From Ancylonema sp. (Eukaryota), in contig JBFLGF010000143.1 of NCBI GenBank assembly GCA_050230475.1, positions 1-64,000 on the forward strand: a DNA stretch of 64,000 nt, read 5' to 3'. Below the pieces are notes generated by a model, which was not told the origin of the DNA, ran no database searches, and was given only the letters and a program-made list of their open reading frames with translations. This document shows, in pieces, positions 1 to 12,752 of this stretch (the first letter of the stretch is position 1; each line of letters starts with the position of its first letter). The position numbers and the translations under genes were made by a program.

Positions 1-106
1 GTTATTGCGCATTCTGAGTAAGAGTTGAGTTTGGGTCCGAGTTGAGTCTAAAGAGTTTTAGAGTTGAGTTAAGTGGACGTCTCTATGGCGTCCATAAGCG
101 ATACAA
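1..106. mobile_element. LTR-like repeat fragment, inverted copy of 12267-12363
   Basis: Bases 1-96 are the near-exact reverse complement of 12267-12363. Both are rich in CAACTCAAC/GTTGAGTT motifs also seen in the copia LTR at 10351. Confidence 0.65.
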
Positions 107-3100
107 TCTTACCACTTGTCGAATAAATGGCTCGAACCACACCATGAATTTCCAAAATGTGGAAGCCTTCTCCCCGTCCATGCTTTCGCTGGCCACACGT
201 GTAAAGGAGGAACAGTCATGTGGTCGATCCATTTTACGATTGCTTCACTCTCCACACATGCTAAGGAGACATGAGCATAAAAAATTAACGAGTCGGGATA
301 CTTCCACATGACTGGTCTAGATTTACAGCCAAGGATACAAATTTCCAGCTGCGAAATCTCTATCTCAATGATTCTTCTATCCATCCGGTGGTCAATATCC
401 TGACACGCTTGGTCTACCGTCCGCTGTTCCTACTTTCTACTTAGACCCGTATGCCTCCGAACCGCATAACACGCTGCTCTTTAACAAACTTCTGCATGTC
501 CACATTGTAATCTGCATCAGAATCAGATACTACTTTTTCTCCAACACTTGATGATCCTAAACAGAGCATGTTCAGCCAAAACAAAAACAAAAAGTTTCGT
601 CAGGAGCACTAATGGCAAGCCATGATATAGGGAACCAGTGACCGTACAGAAAGTGTCTGGCGAGGGCTAACACTTACCCGAGCATTTTCGTCGATGTTGG
701 TGACGTGCTTCTCATCCTCATTAGCGGCGTCACTTCAAGATGATAACTCCCGCGGCTCGCTGCCTCCGAGAATATGGAGCGTCCCGCCTCCATTTCACCT
801 CTGTTGCTATTGCAATGTTTTTACGTGACGTCAGCACCAAAAATATCAGGTCAACGCTGAAGGAATCAGCTATAAATTTCGATCGCAGTATAAATGCACT
901 GGTTGATTCTCCACGTGCTTGTGGTGCTGTTGCAGCCGTCGATGCCTTTTCTGCTACCTCTGTACTTTCCAGATCGGAAACCTACTTGGGAAAAAATGGA
1001 ATTCCACAAGACTATGGTAGCCCTCCAGCATAGAGATGGCCGATATCGATACAGATGCATTCAATTGAAGGATCTCTTTTCTGTGTTGTCGGCTAGTTTG
1101 AACATTTTCTGACGATCTTCAAGACTGCGGCGGCGCTCTCTCGTTTGTCAATGTTCTTGTTGGATATCGATGCCGTGCTGAATTTTTTTCGTCAGCAATG
1201 ATACCTTGCGTAAAATATCCTAGATAAAAGCGAGCGGTTCGCAGTCCGTGAGCCGTGTCAACGACTAATAATCAGTCTCGTTAATCTTGACTTCATGTCA
1301 AAAATCTCATAACGACACGGTGATACGGAAACATATAGCGACAAATAATTTTCCCCGACAGCCACAAATCATTATGTTGTGAAGAGCACGGTTATGATTA
1401 TCCGGATCGTCATGTCGTCGTATCCGACGTGGCGTGTCGAGCAAAAATTGCAAAAACAACACACTCGGCAAATGTTGTATCGAACACGGCCCGTGTGTGG
1501 CGCGCGTTCGACACGGGTCGTATCACTTGTAACCGAAACGACCCCTCACTGACATATCGTTCGGCCGTGAAATTATGAAAATGAGATGAAATAAGATTAG
1601 AGTTACTGCTCCACATCGTAGTGAATAGTATTTAACCGATGCATGCAAAATATATGAATCAATGAATGTAAGTTTCTTGACAAATGATGATTATGCAATT
1701 GCTTTAATCATGTGAGAGATTCCTTTTTTTGCTTACGGCGCACGATTGACCTTGGATAATGTATTTGAGTTCACGGCATGCAATTGCCAAAAAACATTGT
1801 CATTCATACGTTGCTGCTTCTCGATGGAGGGACTGGTCACCATATATCATGTAGGTTGTGGGGGGAGTGTACCGTAATACATGGTATCTAAAAAGCGTGC
1901 AAAAGGAGTAAATGCGAAGAAAAGCTTCAAGAATATGTGATTTATGAAAAAAATGAAGTTTGCTAACACGTCGATAGTGACATTTCAATATGAATTTTTA
2001 CAAACCGTGGATGGATGTACCAACGCAACCATCGATGTTTGAGGTGCATCTGCCATGACTTGAATTTGTCATTTCGCAACATGTGATATTGGTATTTTAT
2101 GTGTCCGAATATGCAGGTGCACACCCTTTCATCTGAACTCGCAACCTCAATTATTGAGCACTAGTTCATTATCTAATATGAAAAAGGGGAAGATGAACGC
2201 CAATGGCCCATTGTCTAATTCTCTACTAGTCGCATCGTATCATATTGTATATCTCACACATCCTACCTAGCCGCTACACGCGGATGGCATCACGCTTGTG
2301 TCGAGCAAGCAATCGATGCAATGATAGATTGCTACGGCATGCATCGTATGTTATGTACATAGGTGCGAATGTACAAAGTATACGATTCCATGCGCTCATC
2401 GATCAATGTCATCGATTTCATACCAAAAAAATGGTATCGCCCTTTCCCAAAAATCCCACGGTAAGATGACGCCATCAAGGTCTAATTATTAGCCGCCGGT
2501 GTTCACAATGGAGTGAAAGCATTACGTACAAGACGATGTCTATGTTGCTGACGGTGTGAATCGCAACAATCTCTACGCTAGGCCCATCCAGGTGCGCCAA
2601 ACGTCTACAACTACATCAACACTTCTCGGGACCGTGAAGCGACAGGTGGTCAAAACGTACCGCGCATGTCGAAAAGCACGCCTCGCATGATACCAAGGTG
2701 GCGCTGCTCGACATATGCAAATAATGTCGCTATATGCCAGCCTCAAATACCGCAATGTAACACGCTCAAACGTCGACTATGCGGTATGTCAAACAACTCA
2801 TACAAACATGCCCAATCATACCCGTAGAATCTAGTGGCGGTTATGCACAATTGCCAGGACCATCCCAAGTTGGTTGACTTACTCTTCAATGAGTTGTTAA
2901 CCTCCCTTTCACATAAAGAGCCATGCGAATCACATGTGGTCTTCGCAAAAGAAAGTGCTACAATCCACCACCTCCATCAACATATATAGCCTAATGAATG
3001 GTAGCTCTCAATCAACCTTGTTGTTTATGTACGATTGTTGTAACAAAAAGGGGCTTACACAAGTATACGCCGTATTTGCCATATGCACAACCGTACCACA

Positions 3101-6100
3101 AGCGGGTCAAGCAAGCTGTACAATTGGACCGTGTATTTGTAAGGAAGGGCCTTGATGATACTTATGATAATGATCCTCTTACTCTTACTCAATACTCAAC
3201 AAATATTTCTCGTGTACAAAAAGCTACCATTCTGAGTTGTGATCAGCAATACTAAAAGACAGACACACCAACTGGTCATCCCACTTTCAGGCGACTCTGG
3301 GAACGGTTTGCCTCACAAGGGAAGAGGCTCTTTTGATATGAGGCCCTCTACGGACACACCATTGCCAAGTGGCGCTACCTGAGTTGGTATCAGATTCAGC
3401 GTGCGTAGCTCTCGCAAGAGTCTCTTCTCAGCGAACGCCTGCGCCAACACACATCCTGCTCAACATCACTTCCTCTTCTGCGCAACAAGCCTTCTGGATA
3501 GGAAGCTCGTGGAACATTGGAGTCGACTAGAGCTCGTTCCCATTTCTTATGAAATATCAACAACAGGGGGGAAAGGTGTTGTGCGTTTCTTGTAGAGATA
3601 AGGTTCCATGGCTGTCTAGAAGGGACGCATCGTAAAGTGAGTCAGTGCGATGTGAGATGGAACAAGCCTCAGAAATGAAGGTTCTACTCTTTCCCATTCG
3701 TCATGAGGGCAGAGGACTCCTTTTGTCGATGTTATCTACATCCTAAAAACATAGTCGCACGACACGCGTATCTAATGGATACGTTTCCGATACGATACGG
3801 CGATTTGCCCCGTATCGGACACGCAACACGCGTGTCCCGCCAATCTTGTGTACATGGGGCTATTGCACGAAGTTACAACAAAAATCATATGTTATAACGA
3901 AAAAAATCAACGCATCAGATACAGCGTACTGGAGGGTCTAGGAACCACATCGTGCAACTATGCCTTCAAGTTATTCAGAATGTGTTGCACTGATTTTGGA
4001 CTCGGAAAGGGTGAGGGGAGAGAGGTATAACCAATGAGAGGGCATCGTTGCGCGTGTGAGAGCGACATATCACCTCTAGAGTAGGAGAATTCGGAGGGAC
4101 ACTGGACGCCAGAAGCACGCTGCGCTTCAATTTCATGGCTGACAGAGGAAGAAAAAAGGAAGAATGAGTACTGAGCAAAGACTGGATATCCGGCTCCAAT
4201 CCCACCCCAATTGCAATGCTCAAACATGTGCACCAAAAAAATTGAAGTTCTAAAGCGATGTGCCTCACAGACATGGCACACCAACGCAGTCAAGGCAACT
4301 TTCAGACTATCCATAATCAAAACCCTAACTCTTAGCCTGCCTCGATTTAGGGTACAAAAAATATGGTAGCCTGCTCCCCAGTGCCAGGTGGCATCCATAC
4401 ACATCGCACTTTCCTTGGCCTCAACACATTAACCAGTACCGAGTCTGCGTGCCATGCCGGCTCCTGCGCTGTCCGTGCTCCCTCCAATCAGAGCGCTGAC
4501 ACTTGGCACTGCGTCCTGCGTTCAATCCGGTGCCTCATCACGTCTTGTCACCATAGGTGCCTCCATAGGAGGTTCACGTGTATTCTATGTCTACCCCCCT
4601 CCATGTGTCTGACTGTGCAGGACACTCAATTCCTTAGCTTGCGACAAGCCCCTCTGCTCATTGATCACCAGACTGGCAATGTGAAGTGGGTCGGACGTTC
4701 TTTCCCGGAAGGTTCTATGTGAGACCTGGGACCTTCTCCCAATGGTCAAAGTGAAGATCGCAGTTTCGTTGTTTCAGTGATCCAGGCTGGTGGGATATAT
4801 GACATCGGTGGTCCCGGGGACTCGATCCAAGCAAATTGAATTTGTGAGTTTGGTGACTCGCGTGGGGTGGATGAGCAGATACTCATCCACCACAAAATCC
4901 GTTTCATACTCACAGATTTGTTCTTCTTTTTCTTTCTGATTCTTCTGCCGATTGTTATCTGCTTGGCATCTGGATCCCGAGGTATTCTAGGTATGTGTAG
5001 GTGTGTAGACGTTGTTGAAGAAAAAAAAAATGAAAAAAATATCCTGATTGCGTTTTTATTTAGTTTAAATGGTTTCATAAAACCTGAATGTGGAAAAGAG
5101 TGATCCACTTCATATCGAAGATGGATGAATCGTGTGATGTAATCCACTCTTTCCTAGAGTGGATTCTCTGCATATTCTCTGAAATATTTTTTGACTCACA
5201 AATCGAGTCGGCACTGCTGCAAACAACTCTCCCATGCGAGCCCCGTTGCAGCCCACCCATAGATAGACCTGGCCAGAAAAGGGCTGTCTAGGCATTGTTG
5301 GTGGTGACGTGGCAAATGGCGAACAGAGGTGCCAGGCTGTAATCTGCCATAATCATGTTTGTGGTGGCTGCCATCCAGCAATAAGCAAAATATATTCTGG
5401 CATAGCGCCAGCTCAGCTCACATCATCAAACCAAGGTTTCATCACAGCTTTGCAGAATTCTGCACACATCATGTGGTGCTAGGTGTCGCATCTTCGAAGG
5501 TGGCATCCATCTCCTCTATGGAATTGCTGCTGACGCATACTCATCTTTTCCAGGTGATCCATGCTCAGATTTCATTCGTTGGTTGAGTTCATGGAAGCCG
5601 CAAGAAACGAAAGTCATGGCAAAGGGTGAAGATGAAGGGTGAAGGGCGAAGGTGCCAAACACACCTGGGATTCCAACGGAATGATTTGGAAGTTGAAGCT
5701 TGTGTCCATATTTTCGTCGCTGAAGTTATGAGGCACCATTCCGATCTCAGAACATGACTGCTCCGTCGAGTCTGGGGCCATAGTTCAGAGTTGGCAGCCG
5801 ACAGTGATCAAGATAGGAAAACGAGACACAAAATGTCACGGATAACGTCCCGTTTCTGAGTCATATAGCTGAAACCGAATAACGAGAGGAGATATTCTGC
5901 AGTATTTTTTAAAGTCTAATGCTCGAAAAGGCCCTTCCATAACATACTGTGGCCACGGTGCTTGCTGAAGGGGGTTGGGGCAGCAATTGTGCAAAAAAGA
6001 AATACCACACTTCACAAAAACCGAACCAAAAACCAACACCCACAACTCATTCGATGGTGACAACCCTGAACATGAAACATTGTGCTGGGGAGTGGATCGG

Positions 6101-6600
6101 TGCTTTTCGCAGTGAGTGTCGCACCACTCTTCGCCCGGACTGAATTACTGATGACATTCTTTCGTCATCTCTATACGTATTTACCTGCGTGGAGCTTGGT
6201 GCCAGAGCTGCGGAAGTGCCGTACACAAACGACATGGTTACTACCGTACCGCTCAGAGATAATGATCCGAAAACAATTCCCAACAGGGTGGATCGGATCA
6301 CTTAATTAATTTCCTTTTTTTTTAAGATGGATCATTATCTTTTTGGGGGGTTTTTGAAGGCGCCTGCCTCTCTTCTCTGTCGACCGTTAAAAATTTCTAC
6401 CGATTGAATCACTCGCAATTCTAGATTTTAGACGAACTAATATGGAGCTCGCTCAATAAAACACTGTCGCCAGGGGTCCATTATTCCGACACGTGCGTAG
6501 TGAACATCTTGTTAATTTCGACCAACGCCTTGACTTCAGTCACGAAACTCTACACCATGCTCTCATGATCCGCAGGAGTCTACGACCTCAGGCTTGTGAT

Positions 6601-7133
6601 CAGGGTTGCGTTTACGATTACAAATTACGACCGTGATTCGTAATATTACGTCTTTAATTTCGGGACCCCTGTGAAAGATGTAAGATTACACGACATCGTC
6701 AGGATTACTAGTTACAGGGAAATTGAGCGTAACTCGCAAAATTTTACCGAAAATGTACGGTACGGACGGGTATGGTAATGTACTTCTTTTTATGGTACGG
6801 TGGATGATAGCCAGAAAAATCAAGTGTTTTGCCTTTTTGATCGTGTCAAATTTCGTTTTGCCATAAATTCGTTTTGCCACTTTTGAATATTCAAAAGTTA
6901 TAGCTTTTGCTTTCCCGGAATAGGTTCAGCAATCTCAATGTACGGAATTTCCTTATAACGATGACAACCCCTCAGTAAGGAGCAAAAATGTACTTTACGT
7001 CTTTCGGTAATATCATCGGCCCAAAAGTAATTTCACATTTTCAATGTACAAATCACGCGATTACGTGCAATCGCGTGATTACGCATGTAAATTACGGGGT
7101 CTAAACCCGAATTACATCATTTTCGAAACCCTA
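6601..7133. mobile_element. Non-autonomous hAT-type DNA transposon (MITE)
   Basis: Termini CAGGGTTGCG...CGAAACCCTA form an imperfect inverted repeat. An 8-bp direct repeat CTTGTGAT flanks it at 6593-6600 and 7134-7141. Internal hairpin at 7051-7080. Confidence 0.85.
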
Positions 7134-7917
7134 CTTGTGATCTTGTGCAGTCCGCAAACCCGCTAGAACAATTAGATGCACGCTAGATCGCAAAACAACA
7201 TGCACCGCTCTACCGCATGCACCAGCCCTTGGGAACAACCGGCGGCATAGCTTCCATACGACACTAAATGGACTGACATACAACCATCCCGCGAGGTGTA
7301 ACGCCCAAGAGATATTGTTTGGCCCAAAAAAGGCGATTTGGGATGGATCTTTATCCCAAGGATCAGGCTAAAATAAACACATTTTACCCCGGATCTTTTT
7401 TAATGAAACACGTTTTAATAATTACATTTACCCTGGATCGTTGGCTGGAACGGGTTTAAACATTTTTATTTTCCCCCCTCTGGATCATCATCTCTGGGCG
7501 GTACGGATAGTGTAGTTTCGCTATCGTTAGTTGCGCTGCGCTACACATACACGACGATACATTTCCAGCCCCGACTAGGTATCTCCCAACCCAATTAGGC
7601 CATCCATTCCGAGCCCAGATCGGAGAACGCTTTGGTCGGGGCTGCCGTATCTTTTGCCCCAGCCTCCAATAGCAAGCTCGAGTGGACAATGCACTCATCA
7701 GACAGACCAGACGTCACTAAATCCAGACAAGGACATGTGTGGCCAAAAGCAGATAGCAAAGCACTAATATGGTTTTCTTGTGTTGATGTGATCTTTAATT
7801 TCTCAAGCAAGGGAAGCACACGACTTATGCATCCGGCAGCCGGTCTACTCTTCGTCATCAACTCTCTCAGTAGGTCTAAAAGGATTTTTTTACCTTCTCT
7901 TTATCAAATTCACATCG

Positions 7918-9374
7918 ATGGCTGCAAGTCAGATAATTCCTAATTCTTCATTTTCTACCATCAGCGAAATACAGCCGGCTGGCACATGCTTTCGAACAAG
8001 CTTCTATCAGCAGTCGCGTCGTTGGATGCCCGTGACAGCTTCGAGAGGCTCTCTTGACCATTTCTCAGGGCTTCTTACTTCTTCAAGCGATGCTTTTCGT
8101 ATAACTGTAGCTGGAAGTCAGTCTAGAGACGGGGGTCAGTGCTGTTGCTCTGCGGAGGATAATGGACCACCCTTATCTGATCGATTGTCTGACGACGGCA
8201 GAGAGGTGATTTTTTCCCCCACATTGAATGGGCTAGTTGAGTGTATCATGGCCAAGATGCACAGGTACCTGACGAGTCAGGGAGGCCGAGGATGGCGCCC
8301 ACTCAAGATAATGCAGCTCGCAGTCCTATATGCTGGGAGAGCAGTACCACATTTCAATGCTATAGGTTGCTTACTGAATCATTGTGCAAAAAAATGAAAG
8401 TTCATCACCAATCAGAGAATCACGCAGTGCCAATATCCTTTTCTTAGTTTCAGAAGTGACTGCAAGTGTCTTGAACAGATACATAAAAAGCACAGATTCC
8501 ATAACAAGCACCTATTCTAGTTTGGTGATTACTTTAAAAAAATTAAAAATCAGAATGCTCCCAGCAATCATACGTGTCCCATGAAGTGCTGCAGCATACG
8601 TGACTGAGCTTTAGACGCCTGCGATTGTGCCTCTAGATGTTCCACAAATTTTATGGAGTGTTATTTTATACATTGACGTTTCCTTTATGAAAATGTAGCC
8701 CAGATCTTGTAGTGCACTCGTGGTCGAGCAGCATTAGTATTCTAGCCTCGTTGGCTCGCCCCTTTCCCCTTCCCCATTGCATTCATTTTCTTATGCCACT
8801 CACACTCACCTCTCTTGATGGCCCTTCTCTCGCAAGGGCAGGCAAGCAAGCCTGGGCGAAACCCCCTCCCGAGCGAGGCTGTGCGATATCGCTCTAAATT
8901 GGAACACCTATTTCACTCCAACACAGCAATTCCAGAGGAAGAAATCGAGAAGCCTCGTGCTGTGGCAGACATGAAGGTCAAAAACATTGGAAGCCATTTA
9001 CCTTGCCCCCATTGTCGGTGTGTGGGCGTTGTGGAGTGCGGGACATGCGAGGCCTCGGGGCTTTATGTGGAACCGAGTCTTGAGAGTCAAGGTGTCATTG
9101 TGAAGGTCCGCTGCATGGGTAAGTTTTTGAAAATTCCTCTTGTGTCTCTAAGTTTGTATCTATTATTATCAATGTCGTAGGTTTGTGAACAAGTCTATAA
9201 AATGTGACTACATGCGTGACAATTTGATATCACTCCGTGGATGGAGTGTTTTATAGAATGTCGATGTTGTGTATGTGGCATCGTACCAACATGCATACAT
9301 TTGTTGTAATTGCAGGTTGTGGTGGTTCCGGCTCTCTTATGTGCTCAGAATGTGGTGGGAGGGGGCATTTATAG
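7918..9374 (+). CDS. DnaJ-like cysteine-rich zinc-finger protein, probably plastid-targeted
   Basis: Exon ~8927-9118 joined to 9316-9374 gives CPHCRCVGVVECGTCEASGLYVEPSLESQGVIVKVRCMGCGGSGSLMCSECGGRGHL*, four CxxCxGxG-like motifs. A Ser-rich first exon at 7918-8264 is tentative because its phase does not match directly, so a small exon may be missing. Confidence 0.8.
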
Positions 9375-9959
9375 AAAGAGCGTAACTAGCTTATGCTTAA
9401 AAACTCGGAATGCTTTGAACTGTGGAATGCATAGGATGCCATGGTGATAACGTAGTCTAAGATCCATAGTTGGGGTATTGGGTGTGTGGAACGAGAGGTG
9501 GTGCTATACAACTATGTAGGGGCATGTTCATTATGTTTTGTGAATACTTGAGGTGATATCCGATTTGAAAATGATGGTATTTATACTCACAATACAATCA
9601 CATTCAATCATCATGACAACGAAAAAAAACTTCAATTCTTTGAAGTCTTATTTGAAAAATCTTATTGCGTGGATCATAAAACTTTACTATGACGGTCGCT
9701 TGGAACCATTACTCGCTACCGCTTCATCTCATTTTTAGGGTCCCAAATCATGATATTCTGGAGTTGTGGCGGCCGTTTCATACTACTGATTTGATGACAA
9801 AAAAATGATTTAAAATAAAAAGATAATATAAATGTCACTAAACATAATAAATTTATGAAATTGAGAAATTTTGGCAATCATGATCTCTCTATCGATAGCA
9901 TAAAATTTGTATGAGATCTAGAAAAAAGTAAGCCGTTCGGAAGATTTTTGAGAACACTT

Positions 9960-10580
9960 ATTACTCGTCCATACTGAATGCGTTCCAACTATCCAAAGAG
10001 TACCGTACATGAAACATATATGCTTATGCAGCGCTAGCTTTGCTTTGTATTCATGCATGTATCATCTCAAGCACAGTTGCCAAACCGGTTTAGAAAACCT
10101 GAGATCTGAAATCCTTGATTTCAGCCCGTCTAACATCCACAACTGTCTAATTCACTGGCAAGTTGTTTACATCGTTCACAATAGCAATTCCGACCGGTTC
10201 TATTTCTGTCCCATATACAATATCCCAGCAGTCTTCCGTGCCTAAGATTGAATTTCGCTTTGCCTTCCATGGCCCGTAAGTTCCTGCGTCCTTCAATATT
10301 GTTCTCTTTACGTAATCCTCGGATCCAAATCCACTTGCTCTGATACCACTTGTAGAAGCCATTTGGATTTTCAACTCAACTCAACTTGTCAATTAACTCT
10401 TATTGACAAGTACACATACTCAACTCAGAACTCACAATTCAGAACTTAGAACTCAGAGAGTACGATGACTATCAACACATACTCATGAACTCATAAACAC
10501 ATACTCATTTGCACAACACACAAACAAAGCTTCTTTCTTAATAAAGCAAAGTAACCACAACGTAGAAGAATTGTCTCTAT
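9960..10580 (-). mobile_element. Ty1/copia LTR retrotransposon remnant: LTR, Met-tRNAi primer binding site and degenerate gag start
   Basis: TGGTATCAGAGC primer binding site on the minus strand at 10337-10348, next to an LTR end (CA on minus, 10351-10352). The downstream ORF SGIRA...YGPWKAKRNSILGTEDCWDIVYG resembles a copia gag N-terminus and ends at a stop. Outer limits are approximate. Confidence 0.8.
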
Positions 10581-10857
10581 AATAGTCAGGTCACTAAATC
10601 TGGGACAGTTCATGAAAGATATCACCTTGCAAAAACGAATTTTTCATTAAAAAAAAATCCGGCCCATATAATTCATCTGTTTGGTTTATACGGCCACTAT
10701 TGGGCGCCCAATCTATACAATCAATACGCTCCGGGCGTGCCTGTTGGGATATAAGTGGTCAGACATGCCACCTAGTATGCCACCTAAGCATGTTACCTAG
10801 GGGCCGGGTACGATTCTACCCGGGCACACGACTTGTGCGGATACGGTCACCTTGTTA

Positions 10858-11399
10858 GAGCATAGTTTATGACCACTCCTTTTGACCACTCCTTATCGGT
10901 CGATACCCGGCGGTTTTCAAAATAAGGAGTGGCCAAAAGGAGTGACGCCCATTTTTTCGCACGTATGTGGAAGAATTATTTGGCCTTCAAAAACGTTGTT
11001 GTTTATGACCACTCCTTTGGAATCCGTTCCCCTGTCCCGTTTAGCTATCCAAATTAGTACCCAGCAACTGGAGACGCAGGCCATCTGGACACGCAGACGA
11101 GTGATCGGTTTCGGGTTCGTTTTTGGTTTCGCGAAATGTTTCGCGAAACTTTTCGCGGGCAAAAAGTAATCATTTCCCACGCGAGATGAACGCTCCGCGT
11201 GGGGAACACGTCCGTCTCTGAGCCTGCCTTATATTGGGCAGACCACTCCTTAGCGTAAACAAGGAGTGGTCCGCCCCAATATTGGACAGCCTACCTTTTC
11301 AAGTTTTCGTTCTATACGAAAAAGGAGTGGTCAGAAACAATACACCAAACCCGGTTTCCGCCCATTTTGGATTATTTTCAGTAGTCATAAACAATGCTC
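10858..11399. mobile_element. MITE, PIF/Harbinger-like
   Basis: Terminal inverted repeat GAGCATAGTTTATGACCAC / GTAGTCATAAACAATGCTC, flanked by TTA and CTA. Internal GACCACTCCTT motif occurs on both strands. Confidence 0.7.
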
Positions 11400-12197
11400 C
11401 TAGGAACCGTGATGTGAGTCGACATAGTAGTTAGTCGGTCATAATGACCGTTATAATATGTCGTCATGTGAAAAGTGTGATGGCGTAATATGAGTGGCTA
11501 GAAGCGTTTACCGCGTGGCCGTTACCAACCGATCATATCGTACCAACGTTGTTTGTGCACCGTGGATCGGGTGATATAGCCCGATCGCATTTCATTCAAC
11601 AAAAAATCCGTCTATCATTCTTGTCGTGTGATTGTTGCATACAATCAAGCTTGAGCCCCTCGGTACCGCACTCTGATTGGCCAATTCCACCGCACATAAA
11701 TATAAAAGGTTACGGGCCCACGTACTGTACTCCGGGACGCTTGACTTGCGCGGCTTCGGCTCCCAAAGGTTCCACGCGTCCACCGCAATTTTTTAAAAAA
11801 ATTATCGCAACCTCGGGTTTTTGCCGCACCTAATAGATTTAAACAAACATAAAACGAGAAGCAAGAGAGCATCCGTTTGGATCTAACATATATTGTAATT
11901 TGTGTTTTCTTTCAATCTCAAAATTGTTTGGAAAGCATCGGCACCATTAGTTCGGAAATCCAGTGGCTTCCCAATGTCTCAATATCATTACATATCCCAT
12001 GTTCTTTATCATCGTCATAACCCTCACCCTTAGCAATTTCATTTCCACGACTCAAATCCGGCTACAAAGCTCGACGACAAACTCTACAACATCTCTCTCA
12101 GCCCTTGTCTTTTCATTCCGTTCGACCTCGGCCGGATCACGTATCACAAACTTGTTAATGGCGATGAAGTGTTTTCAAAGCTTACCTGCGGCGAGAT

Positions 12198-12752
12198 TGT
12201 GGACGCCATGGAGACGTCCACTCAACTCAACTCTTAACTCTTTAAGTCAACTCAGACTTGTTGTTTCTATGAACGCCATAGAGACGTCCACTTAACTCAA
12301 CTCTAAAACTCTTTAGACTCAACTCGGACCCAAACTCAACTCTTACTCAGAAGGCGCAATAACTAATTCACATACTCATTGTACACATACACATATGGCG
12401 CATCACATAGACGAAGCTTCTTTCTCATAAAGCAAGTGAAAAACCAATCACGTCTCTATAGTTGTCCGGAAGCAAATCTAGATCTCTCTTTAGCCAAAAA
12501 AGAAAACAAGTCCAACCTTTTGTCACGTAGCTAAGTCAGGTCAGATATTATTTAAGACTAACTGACCTTGAGGCATCGAACGATCAATCTAAACCGTTCA
12601 CACCAACTTCAAATATCATATCGCGCGCGCCATTCAAATTAGCGTCGTCGCCACGTTGTCACGATACCAGCTTTAATTTTACCGATACAAAATACGCTTC
12701 GATCCAAAATACACGCGTCACAATTCTAAGTTACTTTGATAGAGTCACAACA
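12198..12752. mobile_element. Probable solo LTR related to the LTR at 10351 and the fragment at 1-106
   Basis: Shares CATACTCATT...AAGCTTCTTTCT.ATAAAGCAA and CAACTCAAC blocks with 10370-10560. No TSD was found, so the boundaries are approximate. Confidence 0.5.

Noticed and set aside
110..1200. Possible degraded minus-strand gene or transposase with splice-like signals
   Set aside because: Multiple stops and no recognisable motif, so no call can be supported.
1230..5800. Short ORFs and CGTATC/GATACG-rich patches
   Set aside because: Probably transposon debris, but no TIR, TSD or protein motif could be fixed.
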